DNA of 64,000 nucleotides, from the NCBI GenBank assembly GCA_965237525.1, contig CBDEFO010000004.1, positions 96,001-160,000 of the forward strand, in the 5' to 3' direction. The translations under genes were made by a program, and so were the position numbers. This document shows, piece by piece, positions 43,197 to 54,135 of this stretch. Each line of letters begins with the position of its first letter. The stretch's first letter is position 1. The notes under the pieces are model-generated. The model saw nothing but the letters and a program-made list of their open reading frames with translations. It was not told the DNA's origin and did not search any database. The stretch is from Candidatus Latescibacterota bacterium. Its GTDB lineage: Bacteria; Latescibacterota; CBDEFO01.

Positions 43197-44450
43197 GTGA
43201 GTTGCTTGTCTAAATGGCGGGTTCAGGCAGGTAACTTATCGTTAGAAAGACATGGACAGATAACGAGTAAGAAATGCTTAATGCGAAGAAGGAGCTCTTG
43301 TTTATTGAAAGAAAACTGGCATAGCTCGGCTGAATACCAACGCAGACTCAAAAGGGTACGGGCTGAGATGACACTACGGGAGCTGGATGGCCTGCTAATC
43401 TTCTCGCCGGCCAACGTGTACTACTTGACCGGGCACCACAGCATCGACTCGTGGGAGTTCCGAGGATTGGTCATCATGCACGACGGCGATCCGGTAATGC
43501 TTTTATGTAGCTTCGAGCGTGGGCGGTTCGTCGCCAGTTCATGGCTCGCCGATGCCGTCTTCTACGGACCCACGGACGACCCGGTTTCACAGCTTGCCGG
43601 AACAATAGAGGACTTGAACCTCGCAGCGGCGCGGCTGGGAATCGAACTGAATGCGCCGAACCTGAGCGTTGCGACCTACCAACGCATCGAAGAACAGTTA
43701 AATATGGCTAATCTGCTTGGTGCCGACCGCTTGGTTGATCGCATCCGCATGGTCAAGTCCGATGCGGAACTGACGTGCGTGCGCCGCGCAGCAGAATTGA
43801 CCAATATTGGACTCTGTGCGGCGCGTGAGGAAATTCATCCGGGTGTGTTCGATTACGAGATTGTCGCTGCCGCAACCGATGCTATGTTCCGCGCCGGTAG
43901 TCACCAGTTTGTCATGCAGCCGACGGTGGCGGTCGGTTATCGCAGCGGTCTGTCGCACAGCCAGCACGACAGCCTCCAGGCACTAACCGGCGATTCGATT
44001 TTCATCGAACTGAGCGGAAACTACCGTCACTATTCCGCCCCGGTTATGTACACGACCACCATCGGCCCTGTGTATGACGAGCGGGACGAGTTCCTTGACG
44101 TTGCCCATAGAGCCGCCGAAGCGATCATTGAACACGCGAAGCCGGGCGTCCGAGCATGTGACGTAGCTGACAAAGCGCTCGCCACGATGCGCTCGATCGA
44201 AGACCGCATCCAGTTTCACTACAACTTCGGCTACTCCGTAGGCATCAGTTTTCCGCCCCACTGGTTAGAAGAGTCGTATTTTCACATTCGTGCGACGAAT
44301 GAGGAGCGGTTACAAGCAGGCATGGTGTTCCACCTGCCGTTGACCATTCGCGTCCTCGGCAAGTATGGAGCGGGAACGAGCCGAACGATTGAGATTACCG
44401 AACAGGGCGCACAAGTACTAACCGGACAACCGAACACAATTGGATCCTGA
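43197..44450 (+). CDS. M24 Xaa-Pro peptidase / ectoine hydrolase (DoeA/EutD)-like protein
   Basis: RLKRVRAEM..NVYYLTG, RMVKS and GYSVGISFPPHW; true start probably downstream of the ORF start. Confidence 0.8.
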   Translation: MSCLSKWRVQAGNLSLERHGQITSKKCLMRRRSSCLLKENWHSSAEYQRRLKRVRAEMTLRELDGLLIFSPANVYYLTGHHSIDSWEFRGLVIMHDGDPVMLLCSFERGRFVASSWLADAVFYGPTDDPVSQLAGTIEDLNLAAARLGIELNAPNLSVATYQRIEEQLNMANLLGADRLVDRIRMVKSDAELTCVRRAAELTNIGLCAAREEIHPGVFDYEIVAAATDAMFRAGSHQFVMQPTVAVGYRSGLSHSQHDSLQALTGDSIFIELSGNYRHYSAPVMYTTTIGPVYDERDEFLDVAHRAAEAIIEHAKPGVRACDVADKALATMRSIEDRIQFHYNFGYSVGISFPPHWLEESYFHIRATNEERLQAGMVFHLPLTIRVLGKYGAGTSRTIEITEQGAQVLTGQPNTIGS

Positions 44451-44460
44451 GGATGAACCT

Positions 44461-45214
44461 ATGCCAGATGAACAGGCGAAACAGGGCCTGACCACACGTA
44501 TCGCCGTGATTGCGCCGAGTGATGGCATCAATGACGACGAATACAACAACTATCTTCCAGAGGGCGGGGATGTCACACTGCTCTGGACGCGCTACGAAAC
44601 CTTGGCCTACGACAAACCAATTAGCGTGGGTATGGTCGCATCATACGGCGACCTGAATGCAATAGCGCATTCAGCACAGATGATGCGCATCACGCGCCCA
44701 CATGTGTCTATCTACTGCTGCAACTCGTGCAGTTTTGTCCACGGCCCGACGGGTGACCAGAACCATCCGAAACACCATCGCTGAAGCTACAGGCGGAGGT
44801 GCCACTAGCGTTACGAACGCCCAGGTCGAAGCTCTTCGAACGTTGGATGTAAAGCGTGTCGCTGTTGCAGCGCCCTACAGAGCGGAGGTGACCGCCAAGC
44901 TCGTTGAATACCTGGAGCAATCCGACTTTCAAGTTACGCAAAGCCGCTCGAAGGCATTCATCAGCGAGTGGCAGATTGGCAACTCACCATCTTCGGTCTG
45001 GTTCGACCTTGCCAAGCAGGCCGACAGTCGGGAAGCAGAAGCAGTCGTGCTCGCATGCAGTGGCATCCGCACCAGCGATATCATCGAGAGGTTTGAAGCC
45101 GAACAAGCGAAACCACTCATCTCTGCTCCTGCTGTTGTCATGTGGCATGCTTTGAGACTCGCGGGTATCAATACTCAATTCGATGGCAGAGGGGTACTCT
45201 TTGCAGAATATTGA
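44461..45214 (+). pseudogene. Maleate isomerase / Asp-Glu racemase (EutA-like), frameshifted near 44760
   Basis: YCCNSCSF, VAVAAPY and LACSG across two frames. Confidence 0.8.
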
Positions 45215-45647
45215 CTCATCGAGGTCTTGAAAGGAACCTGGGAGCCGGGTCAGACGGATCGCGAATCACCAAAAGAGGGATCGGGGGACGAATATGCACC
45301 AGTATCGATATAGGAAAAGGTACAATTGAATGATATACGAGATTATTACTTCCTATCAGCTAAGGGTTTTCACTCGTGTTTCGTGTTGTTCCCTAACTCT
45401 TTATTGTATTTATGGTTATAACTGATCACCTTTTACGGTGTTTCTTTGTTTTTCACGGTGCTTTGGCTTGTTCCAGTAGAAATTTAGTAGAAGTTTGGTA
45501 GAAAAGTAAAGGACAACATTGCCCAGGGCTATTCAGTGTTCCCAGAAGCGCTGTTGAGTAGGAGTGAAGCAACGTATCGAGGCCAATCAGGACTCGCGCA
45601 CCCCCGGACTGAGAACTGGAAACTCCGTGGCAACTACCAATCCTCTA

Positions 45648-45676
45648 TTGACATCCACTGTCTGATTTTGTATCTT
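45648..45676 (+). promoter_or_regulatory. Sigma70-like promoter upstream of the FG-GAP gene
   Basis: TTGACA-17-TATCTT; a homologous copy lies at 31818-31846 (minus). Confidence 0.6.
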
Positions 45677-45861
45677 ACCACCAAATTGATCTGCACTTTT
45701 GTATCTTTCCTCCTGATTGACCAACACTACCGATTACGAATACCAACGCCAAGATTGCAGAACTGTGACAGAAGATGTCACAATCGGGTCTTATTATTAC
45801 TCTAGGTAGTGACGAAGGAGCCCCTACAACAACTCTGGCTGTATAGAAAGGAGGCCTATCA

Positions 45862-46994
45862 ATGAGACAGGAACTCTTCAATACAGCTCTGATCCTGTTG
45901 GTCGCTTTGAATGCGCCTACCTATGCACAGGGTCTTTTCGGACCGAAGACCGACTATGCTGTCGGAAGCCGCCCTATGTCAGTATTCATTGCAGATTTAG
46001 ATGGGGATGGAGATAATGACCTGGCTGCGGCTAATGGTGGCAGCGATAATCTATCAGTGTTGTTGAACAATGGCAATGGTACATTTGCACCTAAGGTGGA
46101 CTATGCTGCTGGGTTTCAAGCCCTTTCAGTTTTCTGTGCAGATTTAGATGGAGATGGTGACAATGATGTGGCTGCGGCTAATCATGGATTTCTTGATTTA
46201 TTTGGTAGATTCTCCGGTAGTAGTGTATCCGTGTTATTGAATAATGGAGATGGCACATTTGCACCTAAGGAAGACTATGCCACTGGGGATAGACCCACAT
46301 CAGTCTTCAGTGCAGATTTAGATGGAGATGGAAATAATGACCTGGCTGTGGCTAATCAGGGCAGCTTTCCTGCACCAAGTAATGTGTCGGTGTTATTGAA
46401 TAATGGGAATGGAACATTTGCACCTAAGGTGGACTATCGTACTGGGAGCTTCCCCACTTCAGTGTTCAGTGCAGATGTAGAGGGCGATGGGGATAATGAC
46501 TTAGCTGTGGCTAATGGGAACAGCCATAATGTGTCAGTGTTGTTAAATAATAGGGATGGAACATTTGCACCTAAGGTGGACTATGATGCTGGCAGGTTTC
46601 CCTTTTCAGTATTCATTGCTGATTTAGATGGTGATGGGGATAATGACTTTGCTGTGGCTCATAGTGGCGGTGTATGGGTGTTGGGGAAACACTATGCCGC
46701 TGGGGATAGTCCCTCATCAGTATTCATTTCAGATTTAGACGGGGATGGAGATAATGACCTGGCTGTGGCTAATGCGGGCAGCAATAATGTATCAGTGTTG
46801 CTGAATCTGTCCGCTACCCCCGCTACCATAAATGAGTAGGCAGAACTATCATCAGACCTTCCTGAGACTTACGTTCTTCTATAGTCCGGGATGGCAAAGG
46901 TAATAATGGAAAGAGCCTTGCCAGCGGCGTTTATCTGTATCGTCTGGAGGTGGATGGATTTGTGCAGACAAGGAAGCTGGTCTTGATGAAATAG
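45862..46994 (+). pseudogene. Secreted FG-GAP/VCBS protein with decayed T9SS/FlgD-like C-terminal domain
   Basis: Paralog of the 29974 gene; after TAG at 46837 the remnant reads LPETYVL...SLASGVYLYRLEVDGFVQTRKLVLMK. Confidence 0.8.
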
Positions 46995-47169
46995 GCTTAT
47001 TTCAAGTTAAATTCTAAAGAGAGACAAAGATACCTGTTGACATCAGCGCACAGAAAAGATAGTAAAGGATCATGACGAATGGCGCGGGAGAAAGACGACA
47101 AATCTCATCGCCAGCGAAAACTCCATAAGCCCTGCGGCCAGAAGCGTGTCAAGATCTGACTTTGCCGAT

Positions 47170-47216
47170 TCTGAAACAACACTGATACATTATCGCTGGT
47201 CTCATTAGCCACAGCT
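47170..47216 (-). pseudogene. Isolated FG-GAP repeat fragment abutting the IS
   Basis: AVANETSDNVSVLF. Confidence 0.55.
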
Positions 47217-47222
47217 ACTTAA

Positions 47223-48741
47223 AAGCCTTGTGAAATAGTTATGTCCCAGGCAGCGTCTGAAGCGCCGATTATGGGTCAAAGAGTAGCATATCGTATCGTT
47301 TTGCTGTGGAATAAGCAAAATAGTCTTATCAGAGTTCTGGTCAGCAAGGAACAGGAGCTGTTTGAAGAACAGGATGCACTGTCTTTGACAGACAGGGCAC
47401 ACATAGACGCTTTCCCCCTTCTTATGAAAGATACAAGCCTCTTGAGATTCTGTACTGTTGCAACAAGATTCAACTGTTCATTCAGTGAGGCTGGTCCTCT
47501 GTAACGGGCTCGTCCCATACCGTGTTGTTGCCTGGCTTCAGCAAAGATATGTTCACTGCGTTTACGGAGTCTCCGGGAGAGTTTGTAGTCAGCTGTTAAT
47601 GAGATAGACCGTGCATGATTTCTGGCTTTCGCCTCTCGCACTTTTCTATCCCGTTCGGCCTGAATATGTGCTGGATTTGTCTTGTTTTTCCATGTAGGAA
47701 TCGGTTCAATCTTCTCATCGGCTCGCAGAGGAATATGGGGTATGATTCCCCGGTCAAGTACATCAGCGATAAAATTACCAGAACCGTAACCGGTATCGGC
47801 ACTAAGTGTCTGAATGTCTTTGGGCATGGTGTATGTTTCAAGGTCATCTACCATCTTAAGGGCACTTTCGGGCTCTGCTGTCCCTGTCGCCTGCGTGCCC
47901 TGAGTCTCAAGGATTACTCTGCTTTTTGTGTCGATCAGATCATGGCCCATAAACGAGAGAAAAGCCCCTTTGCCCTTCGATTTGCTGTATAAGCGCGCGT
48001 CGGGGTCTGTAGTCGAACGGTGTGTTTGGTTCGTCCACTTTTCACCATGAAAGTCTTTATCCTGAGGATGCCCGGACCTACCCTTTGTCTTATCACCTTC
48101 AAAACCGATTCCCTTGAGATAATCATCAAGAGAAACAGGGGGTTCTATCGGCTCAATACTTTTCACTGAAGCATCAGCTTGTATCTGAGTGCCGTCGACA
48201 CTAAGGTGTTTACCGCTCACAAGACCGACATCTATGCAACACTGGACTACCTGACGCATTATCCGTTCAAACAACCCACTGGATGCCCACTTGTGATTGC
48301 GAAGCTTGTTGATCGTGCTCCTATCCGGAACCGCATCATCAAATGTCTGATGACAAAACAACCGATATGCCGCATGCATCCCCACTTCCTGACAGAGCCG
48401 ATTCTCACTCAAATTATACAGATAGCCAATAAGGATCATTCGAACAACTAATTCAGGATCAATACCGGGTCTGCCATTGTCAGGGCAATAACAATCTGAT
48501 ACAACGTCTCGTACAAATGAAAAATCAACTGCCTCATCAATCTGACGAAGGATATGATCCTCGGGAACTAAATCCTCCATCTGAAAATAGTGAAACATCG
48601 GATTTGTCTGTTCCTGCTTTTGTGGGGTCATTGTTTCCTCCATGTATAATATTATCAATAACATAATATAATACATCGGAGCTGCTTTATCAATGCTTGT
48701 TCTATACTACTTTCTGAATCTAAGGGTTTTTAACAAGGCTT
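47223..48741 (-). mobile_element. IS1182-family insertion sequence
   Basis: Inverted repeats AAGCCTTGTGAAA / AAGCCTTGTTAAA; TTAA on both flanks. Confidence 0.85.
47276..48631 (-). CDS. IS1182-family DDE transposase
   Basis: LVPEDHILRQID, GRPGIDP, VDGTQIQADAS, TDPDAR, ADTGY and EHIFAE motifs. Confidence 0.9.
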   Translation of the reverse strand: MTPQKQEQTNPMFHYFQMEDLVPEDHILRQIDEAVDFSFVRDVVSDCYCPDNGRPGIDPELVVRMILIGYLYNLSENRLCQEVGMHAAYRLFCHQTFDDAVPDRSTINKLRNHKWASSGLFERIMRQVVQCCIDVGLVSGKHLSVDGTQIQADASVKSIEPIEPPVSLDDYLKGIGFEGDKTKGRSGHPQDKDFHGEKWTNQTHRSTTDPDARLYSKSKGKGAFLSFMGHDLIDTKSRVILETQGTQATGTAEPESALKMVDDLETYTMPKDIQTLSADTGYGSGNFIADVLDRGIIPHIPLRADEKIEPIPTWKNKTNPAHIQAERDRKVREAKARNHARSISLTADYKLSRRLRKRSEHIFAEARQQHGMGRARYRGPASLNEQLNLVATVQNLKRLVSFIRRGKASMCALSVKDSASCSSNSSCSLLTRTLIRLFCLFHSKTIRYATL

Positions 48742-48830
48742 TTAAATAAAGTAAAATACAGGGATCTCTCTTAAAAGTAAATAACAAAATACAAAACCCA
48801 ACAAAACATACTATACGAGGAGATGTGAAC

Positions 48831-50397
48831 ATGACTGCACGCAAAAAGGATCGGCGCGTATTATTCAATGATGACGGATGGATAATGGGCGCATATGGAC
48901 CTCCCCTGACCGTAGACCAAATGAGGGACAATATGATCGCACCTTACGAAGGGACACCGGTGGACACCTTTCTCTGGTCGATAGGAGGCCACGAGGTCTA
49001 CGACTACGAGACCGAAGTTGGAGAACTGTTCGGCGAAGGTTATGAAGACCTCGGCGCTGGACAAAAGAGGAAGTATGAAAACCTTCGGCACATGATAAAA
49101 GAGAACGGGGGGCCAGTAACGGTCATTGCCGACTTGTGCCGCGAGGCGGGACTGAGCTTCTTTCCCTCAGTGAGGATGAACGAACACTACGACATGGAGG
49201 AGTCAGCTCCTAACTACGGCCGGCTCAGAAGAGAACACCCGGAATTACTCATCGGCCGTACCGGAGAGGAGATACCGGACGGGAGCCTCGAATGGGGCAT
49301 CAGGACGGGTCTTAACTACGCGTTCCCGGAGGTGCGAGCTCACATGACCAAGATCATCTTCGAGCTGTTCGAGCGTTTCGACGTGGACGGTATAGAGCTG
49401 GACTTCATGCGCCATCCGGCCTTCTTCAGGGTTGAAGAGGCATACGCCAACCGTTACCTGATGACGGACATGATAGATCACATACGCCAGAGGATTAACA
49501 AGGTCGGCGCCGAGAGGGGAAAGAAACTCGAACTGGCGGCGAGGGTCCCACCGACACTGGCCGACTCTAAGAGGATAGGACTCGATGCCGAAGCATGGAT
49601 CAAAGAAGGGCTCATAGACATACTCATCGCGGGTGGAGGGTTCATTCCGTTCGAGATGCCTATCGCAGAGTTTGTGGAGGCAGCAAAGGGAACCGATTGC
49701 CAGGTCCTGTGGCTGCTTCGAGGCGCTCAGGCCGTTTGTGGATGAGGAATTGCTCAGGGCTGCAGCCGCTCGCTACTGGCGAGCAGGTGTCGATGGAATA
49801 TATCTCTTTAACTACTTCAGTATGTCAAACGAGTGGAGACGCAGCGTCCTGGCCCAGATGGCAGACCCGGATGCGCTAGTGCTTACTGACAAGCTCTATG
49901 AACTGGACTATTCTGATAGAGACAGGCCGACTTCCCAGCTCTGGTACTCGTTCCGGAACGCAATTCCTTTCGTTCAACTGCCCGTTACCTTGGACAAAAC
50001 GCTTGCCGAGCGCGGTGCGATCCTCCGCATGGACATCGCCGACGATATGGAGACAGTCACCGCGGATGGAACATTGTTGAAATGCATTCTCGTGCTGGGA
50101 TTCGAGGACATTATGGATGGAGACGAGATAGAGGTAGGCCTCAACCAGGTATCGGTCCCATGGAAATCGGGTAAGATTCCCTCAAATGGCTGGAGTCGCC
50201 GGGAGTATGAGCGGAACCAATATCCGGCTATGCTCAAAGAGGTCGCCCTGGAAGGTGACAGCATCGAGTTCCAAATAGCCAGTCCGCCGCTTAAACAAGG
50301 GGTGAACGAGCTTGAGGTCCGCCTGGTCAAGTCCGCCTCGGAGCGTACACAGCCGGTAGTCCTTAAAGGTGTAAGATTCTCAATAACCTACAAATAG
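48831..50397 (+). pseudogene. GHL10-like glycoside hydrolase, frameshifted near 49708
   Basis: FNDDG, SVRMN, LNYAFPEVR, DGIELDFMRHP; DGIYLFNY in the second frame. Confidence 0.75.
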
Positions 50398-50869
50398 ATA
50401 ATCCCGACGTGAATCTTCTTGGACTATGCAACGCGACGAGCAGCCGGACCCAGAGAGGAGCCTTCTTTCTAATCAGCTCCGCCTTGATCGCACCCCCTCA
50501 ACCACCACTTAAGCTAGAACCTTCGGCAGGTCCTCTAACTGCTTACCATTGTGGATCTTGAGGACTTGACACCTTCCTCAAGAAGCACTTAATGCCCTGA
50601 AATTGCCTTGCTTCTGTTCCGATTCTTTTTTATAATTAGTGCACGGATAAACGACACAATTTGGAGCGTAGGAACTGGCTTCTCTGAACTACTTTTGAGA
50701 GGCTATGGCTACTATTTGGTCACCGTCGGTCAACAGTCGCATTGCAAGCTCAATAAAACTTGCATAAGGAAAGATTATCTTGTATATATAGTTTTATAAG
50801 AACGCTGCTATAGTTTACATTGCCAACAAGCCTATGGAGATAGCTCCTCCGCAGGGCAACGCCGAGAGT

Positions 50870-50911
50870 AAAAGCCGATGACTGGGTACCCCATCGAGTC
50901 GTCGGCTTTTT
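50870..50911. terminator. Intrinsic terminator-like hairpin
   Basis: AAAAGCCGATGACT...AGTCGTCGGCTTTTT. Confidence 0.6.
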
Positions 50912-50939
50912 TGTTGGCAGACGTAAAGGAGGCAAAACT

Positions 50940-51070
50940 ATGAATAAGAATTCAAAGAAGGTTGGTCGAAAGACAAAGTTAACGCCTGAGCTGCAACAGG
51001 TTCTATGTGACATCTTTAAAGATGGCAACTTCGTCAGCACAGCATGCAACGCGGTCGGAATCGGCACACC
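50940..51070 (+). pseudogene. Phage-like HTH (small terminase-like) N-terminal stub
   Basis: GGAGG RBS; GRKTKLTPELQQVLCD..GNFVSTACNAVGI; fused to integrase sequence. Confidence 0.45.
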
Positions 51071-51071
51071 G

Positions 51072-51948
51072 TTCCTACAAGAACAACATCAAGCGGCACC
51101 TTAAACCGTTCTTCGGAGAGTACGAATTAACGGCTATCACACCAGAGTATATCTAGAAGTACGTCTCCAGAAGAGGAGCAAGAAGTTGTCTCCTCAGACG
51201 ATCAAGAACACGCTGTTTCCACTCAAGGAAATGTTAAAGCACGCCGTAAGATGGGGTTATCTTCGGGAAAGTCCAGCGTTATACATAGAGACGCCCAGAG
51301 TTCCCCACTACGAAATGGATTTTATGACGGTGGAGGAAATCCATATCTTCCTGAATCACGTGGCACAGAAGTGGTATGCGCTGTTCCTCACTGCTGTTAT
51401 GACCGTCATGCGTCGAGGAGAATTATTAGCTATGAAGTGGAATAACATCGACTGGAACAGAGAGCAGTACTTCGTCAGAGAGGCGCTATACAGGAAGAGT
51501 TTAGTCGAACCGAAGTCAGCTACCTCCAGAAGGGCGATCAACCTGTCTCCTACCCTAATGGACTCCCTTAGGGCGCACCGGGCACGTCAGATACGAGGAG
51601 AAGATGAGATTTGGGCCGGCCTACCAGGACCTAGACCTGGTGTTCTGCCATGAGGATGGAACACCCCTTGATCCGGATACAGTGAGAAAGCGGGAGTTCC
51701 ACAGGTATTTGAAGGATGCGGGCATCCGGCGAATCCGGTTCCACGATCTGCGTCATACTTACGCCAGCCTGTTGCTCACCCAAAGGGAAAGTCCCAAGTA
51801 CATTCAGAGTCAGTTGGGGCACTCTTCCATCCAGATCACATTTGACCGATATGGGCATCTCATGCCGGAAGCACACAAAGAGGCAGCGGAACGGCTTGAC
51901 ACAAGGGTTTTCGGATCGTTTAGTAGAAAAATAGTAGAAATTCGGTGA
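51072..51948 (+). pseudogene. Phage-type tyrosine integrase, 5'-truncated, with a stop and a frameshift
   Basis: HLKPFFG, MRRGELLA, RFHDLRHT and LGHSSIQITFDRYGH motifs. Confidence 0.9.
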
Positions 51949-52011
51949 AAGATAAGCCGAATTAAGAAATGATTAATCCCTGTAACTGATTTAATTACAA
52001 GGATTAATAGC

Positions 52012-52087
52012 TGGAGGGCTATGCGCGATTCGAACGCGCGACCTTTGGTTCCGGAGACCAACGCTCTATCCGCTGAGCTAATAGCCC
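52012..52087 (-). tRNA. tRNA-Arg (CCG)
   Basis: Cloverleaf: GGGCTAT/ATAGCCC acceptor stem, TTGGT-CTCCGGA-ACCAA anticodon arm, TTCGAAT T-loop, encoded CCA. Confidence 0.95.
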
Positions 52088-52201
52088 CAAAAGTTGTATC
52101 TCAGTACCTTGAGTTGTTCTCCGAAAAGATAATCAACAAAACCTTGGTTGTCAAATAATTCAATAAATGTTTCTCGTTTCCTCCTCGGACGTTGAGTTAA
52201 C

Positions 52202-53407
52202 CTAAGCTCCGAACTTCATGAGTCGTCCGGCGTGGGCAAGTGCCAAGGACATAACTTCAGTTGCGGGGAAAGTTCCCAACAGACCTTTGGCGCATTCGGT
52301 CTCTGAGAATGCGGCGGTACCGTCCTTTCTGCACCATCTGCTCTTTATTGTAAAGGGCACAGGGTGCCAGCTGTGAATTTTTAACGTCGCAGGTGTGGAG
52401 TGATCGCCTGTGATCATTATAACATCTGGGTTAAGGCCAGTCGCTTCTGGGATTAGGCTGTCTATCTCCTCGATGACTTCGACCTTGCCGGAAAAATTTC
52501 CGTCTTCTCCGAAACTGTCGGTCGTTTTTACGTGGAGATAGATGAAATCGTAGCTGTTGAACGCTTTTTTCAGAGCTTCAAATTCGTCAGATATCTCGGA
52601 ACTTGTGGGTATTACTTCCATTCCGACCATGCGGGCGACGCCGAGATAGTCCGGATACGTGGCGATGGCACCACCTTTTAGACCATAAACTTCGGACATC
52701 GGCAAAAAGTGCGGCTTTGTGTCGAATCCTCTCATAAGGATCATATTCGCGGGATGCTGATCTTTGAGGGCTATTTTGGCTTTGTCTACAAAGCTGTTGA
52801 TCAGTTGGGCTGTCCGCTCTGCCTTTTTGGAGTTCGCCTGGACTTTCTTAGGGAGAAGTCCCACTTCTTGGGGGTCGGTGTCTGTAAGTTCCGGGGAGAG
52901 GCCTTCACCTTTGAAGACTATTACTGCTCTATGGTCTTTCACCGGCTCCATAACAAATCCGACGTGGGGGAATTCTATGTCCCTTAAGATCTCGCACAGA
53001 CGGGCGTTTTCACTTGTGGCTATTCTGCCTGCTCTTCTGTCTGTGACTGTTCCGCTGTCATCTACGGTGGCGAAGTTGACCCTCGCTGCGACATCGCCTT
53101 CGTCTATGCCCAGACCGACTCCCATAGCGGCGACTGCGCCCCTTCCGACCTTGTGTTTAACGGAGTCGTAGCCGAAGAGAGCAAGGTGAGCAAGACCGCT
53201 TCCAGGGGTTATTCCCCTTTCTATAGGGATAGTCATTCCGCCCTGACCTTCTTTTGCTATCTTGTCCATATTGGGAGTCTTAGCCGTCTCCAGCTCAGTC
53301 TTCCCCGTATCAGGATGCGGAAGACCTCCCAACCCGTCTATGACAAGGAGAAATATCTTGGAATCCGACGGAACGACTAAGTCTTTGACAAATTCCGAAC
53401 TGATCAT
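52202..53407 (-). CDS. apgM: 2,3-bisphosphoglycerate-independent phosphoglycerate mutase (archaeal type)
   Basis: IDGLGG, LETAKTPNMD, PGSGLAHLALFGYD, DRRAGRI and GDHSTP..HSWHPVP motifs. Confidence 0.9.
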   Translation of the reverse strand: MISSEFVKDLVVPSDSKIFLLVIDGLGGLPHPDTGKTELETAKTPNMDKIAKEGQGGMTIPIERGITPGSGLAHLALFGYDSVKHKVGRGAVAAMGVGLGIDEGDVAARVNFATVDDSGTVTDRRAGRIATSENARLCEILRDIEFPHVGFVMEPVKDHRAVIVFKGEGLSPELTDTDPQEVGLLPKKVQANSKKAERTAQLINSFVDKAKIALKDQHPANMILMRGFDTKPHFLPMSEVYGLKGGAIATYPDYLGVARMVGMEVIPTSSEISDEFEALKKAFNSYDFIYLHVKTTDSFGEDGNFSGKVEVIEEIDSLIPEATGLNPDVIMITGDHSTPATLKIHSWHPVPFTIKSRWCRKDGTAAFSETECAKGLLGTFPATEVMSLALAHAGRLMKFGA

Positions 53408-53483
53408 CTTCAGTTTCCTTGTTTACTAGCCGATTGTGTGATCTGCCCCCGATTAACCCCAAATTGAACCTATTGGGGGCGGT

Positions 53484-54119
53484 CTACATCCCAGATTTAT
53501 GCTCTGATACTGCGATTACATTGGCGATGATCTCCAGACGCTGCCGGTGCTCCGACAGGAAAGCTGCCTCCTGTGGATTTTCCACAAGCGTCATTGTGAC
53601 CAAAGACAAAGCTTGGTCAACTTTACCCCCGATCACCAACTCTAAAGACTTTCCAAAGACTCCTGCTATTTGATCAAGTCTGTTTTGTACTATCTCCAGA
53701 TTGAATTTTGCATCCTGGTCATAAGCGTTTATGTCCAGCGCCTTCTTATAGGAACCAAGGGCTTCTGTTAGCATATTTTCCTTAAAGAAGGAATTTCCTA
53801 TATTGTAGTTCTTCATAGCCTCCAAAGCCGGTTCATCGGACGGCAGAGCCTTCTGATACTCCGAGATAGCCTCCTGGCGTTTGTCCTGTTTATGGAGGAC
53901 ATCTCCTGTATTTAGATGGATGCGAGATGAAGTAGGGTCTTCTATCTGAGCGTCTCGATACCACTTTTCAGCGCCCTCGTAATCCCCCTCAAAAAATAGT
54001 CTATTTCCCTCTTCCACCTTTGCTGCGACGCTATTCAGGTCATTCAGGAAACCCGCAATAGCCATCAGCGCTGAGGCCAAAAAGAGGATGATGAATATAG
54101 CCAGATGCCTTTTTGCCAT
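53484..54119 (-). CDS. TPR protein, BatC-like
   Basis: GNRLF..Y..A and YNIGN..YKKAL..DAKFNLE. Confidence 0.75.
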   Translation of the reverse strand: MAKRHLAIFIILFLASALMAIAGFLNDLNSVAAKVEEGNRLFFEGDYEGAEKWYRDAQIEDPTSSRIHLNTGDVLHKQDKRQEAISEYQKALPSDEPALEAMKNYNIGNSFFKENMLTEALGSYKKALDINAYDQDAKFNLEIVQNRLDQIAGVFGKSLELVIGGKVDQALSLVTMTLVENPQEAAFLSEHRQRLEIIANVIAVSEHKSGM

Positions 54120-54135
54120 TATGCGCCTCATCCTC

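Noticed and set aside
11958..46839. In-frame stops as evidence of stop-codon reassignment
   Set aside because: TAG, TGA and TAA all occur internally alongside frameshifts and truncations, and intact genes end with all three stops
51072..51948. Tyrosine recombinase as the missing integron integrase
   Set aside because: Phage-type architecture beside a tRNA, no recognisable IntI-specific insertion, 38 kb from the attC sites and pseudogenised
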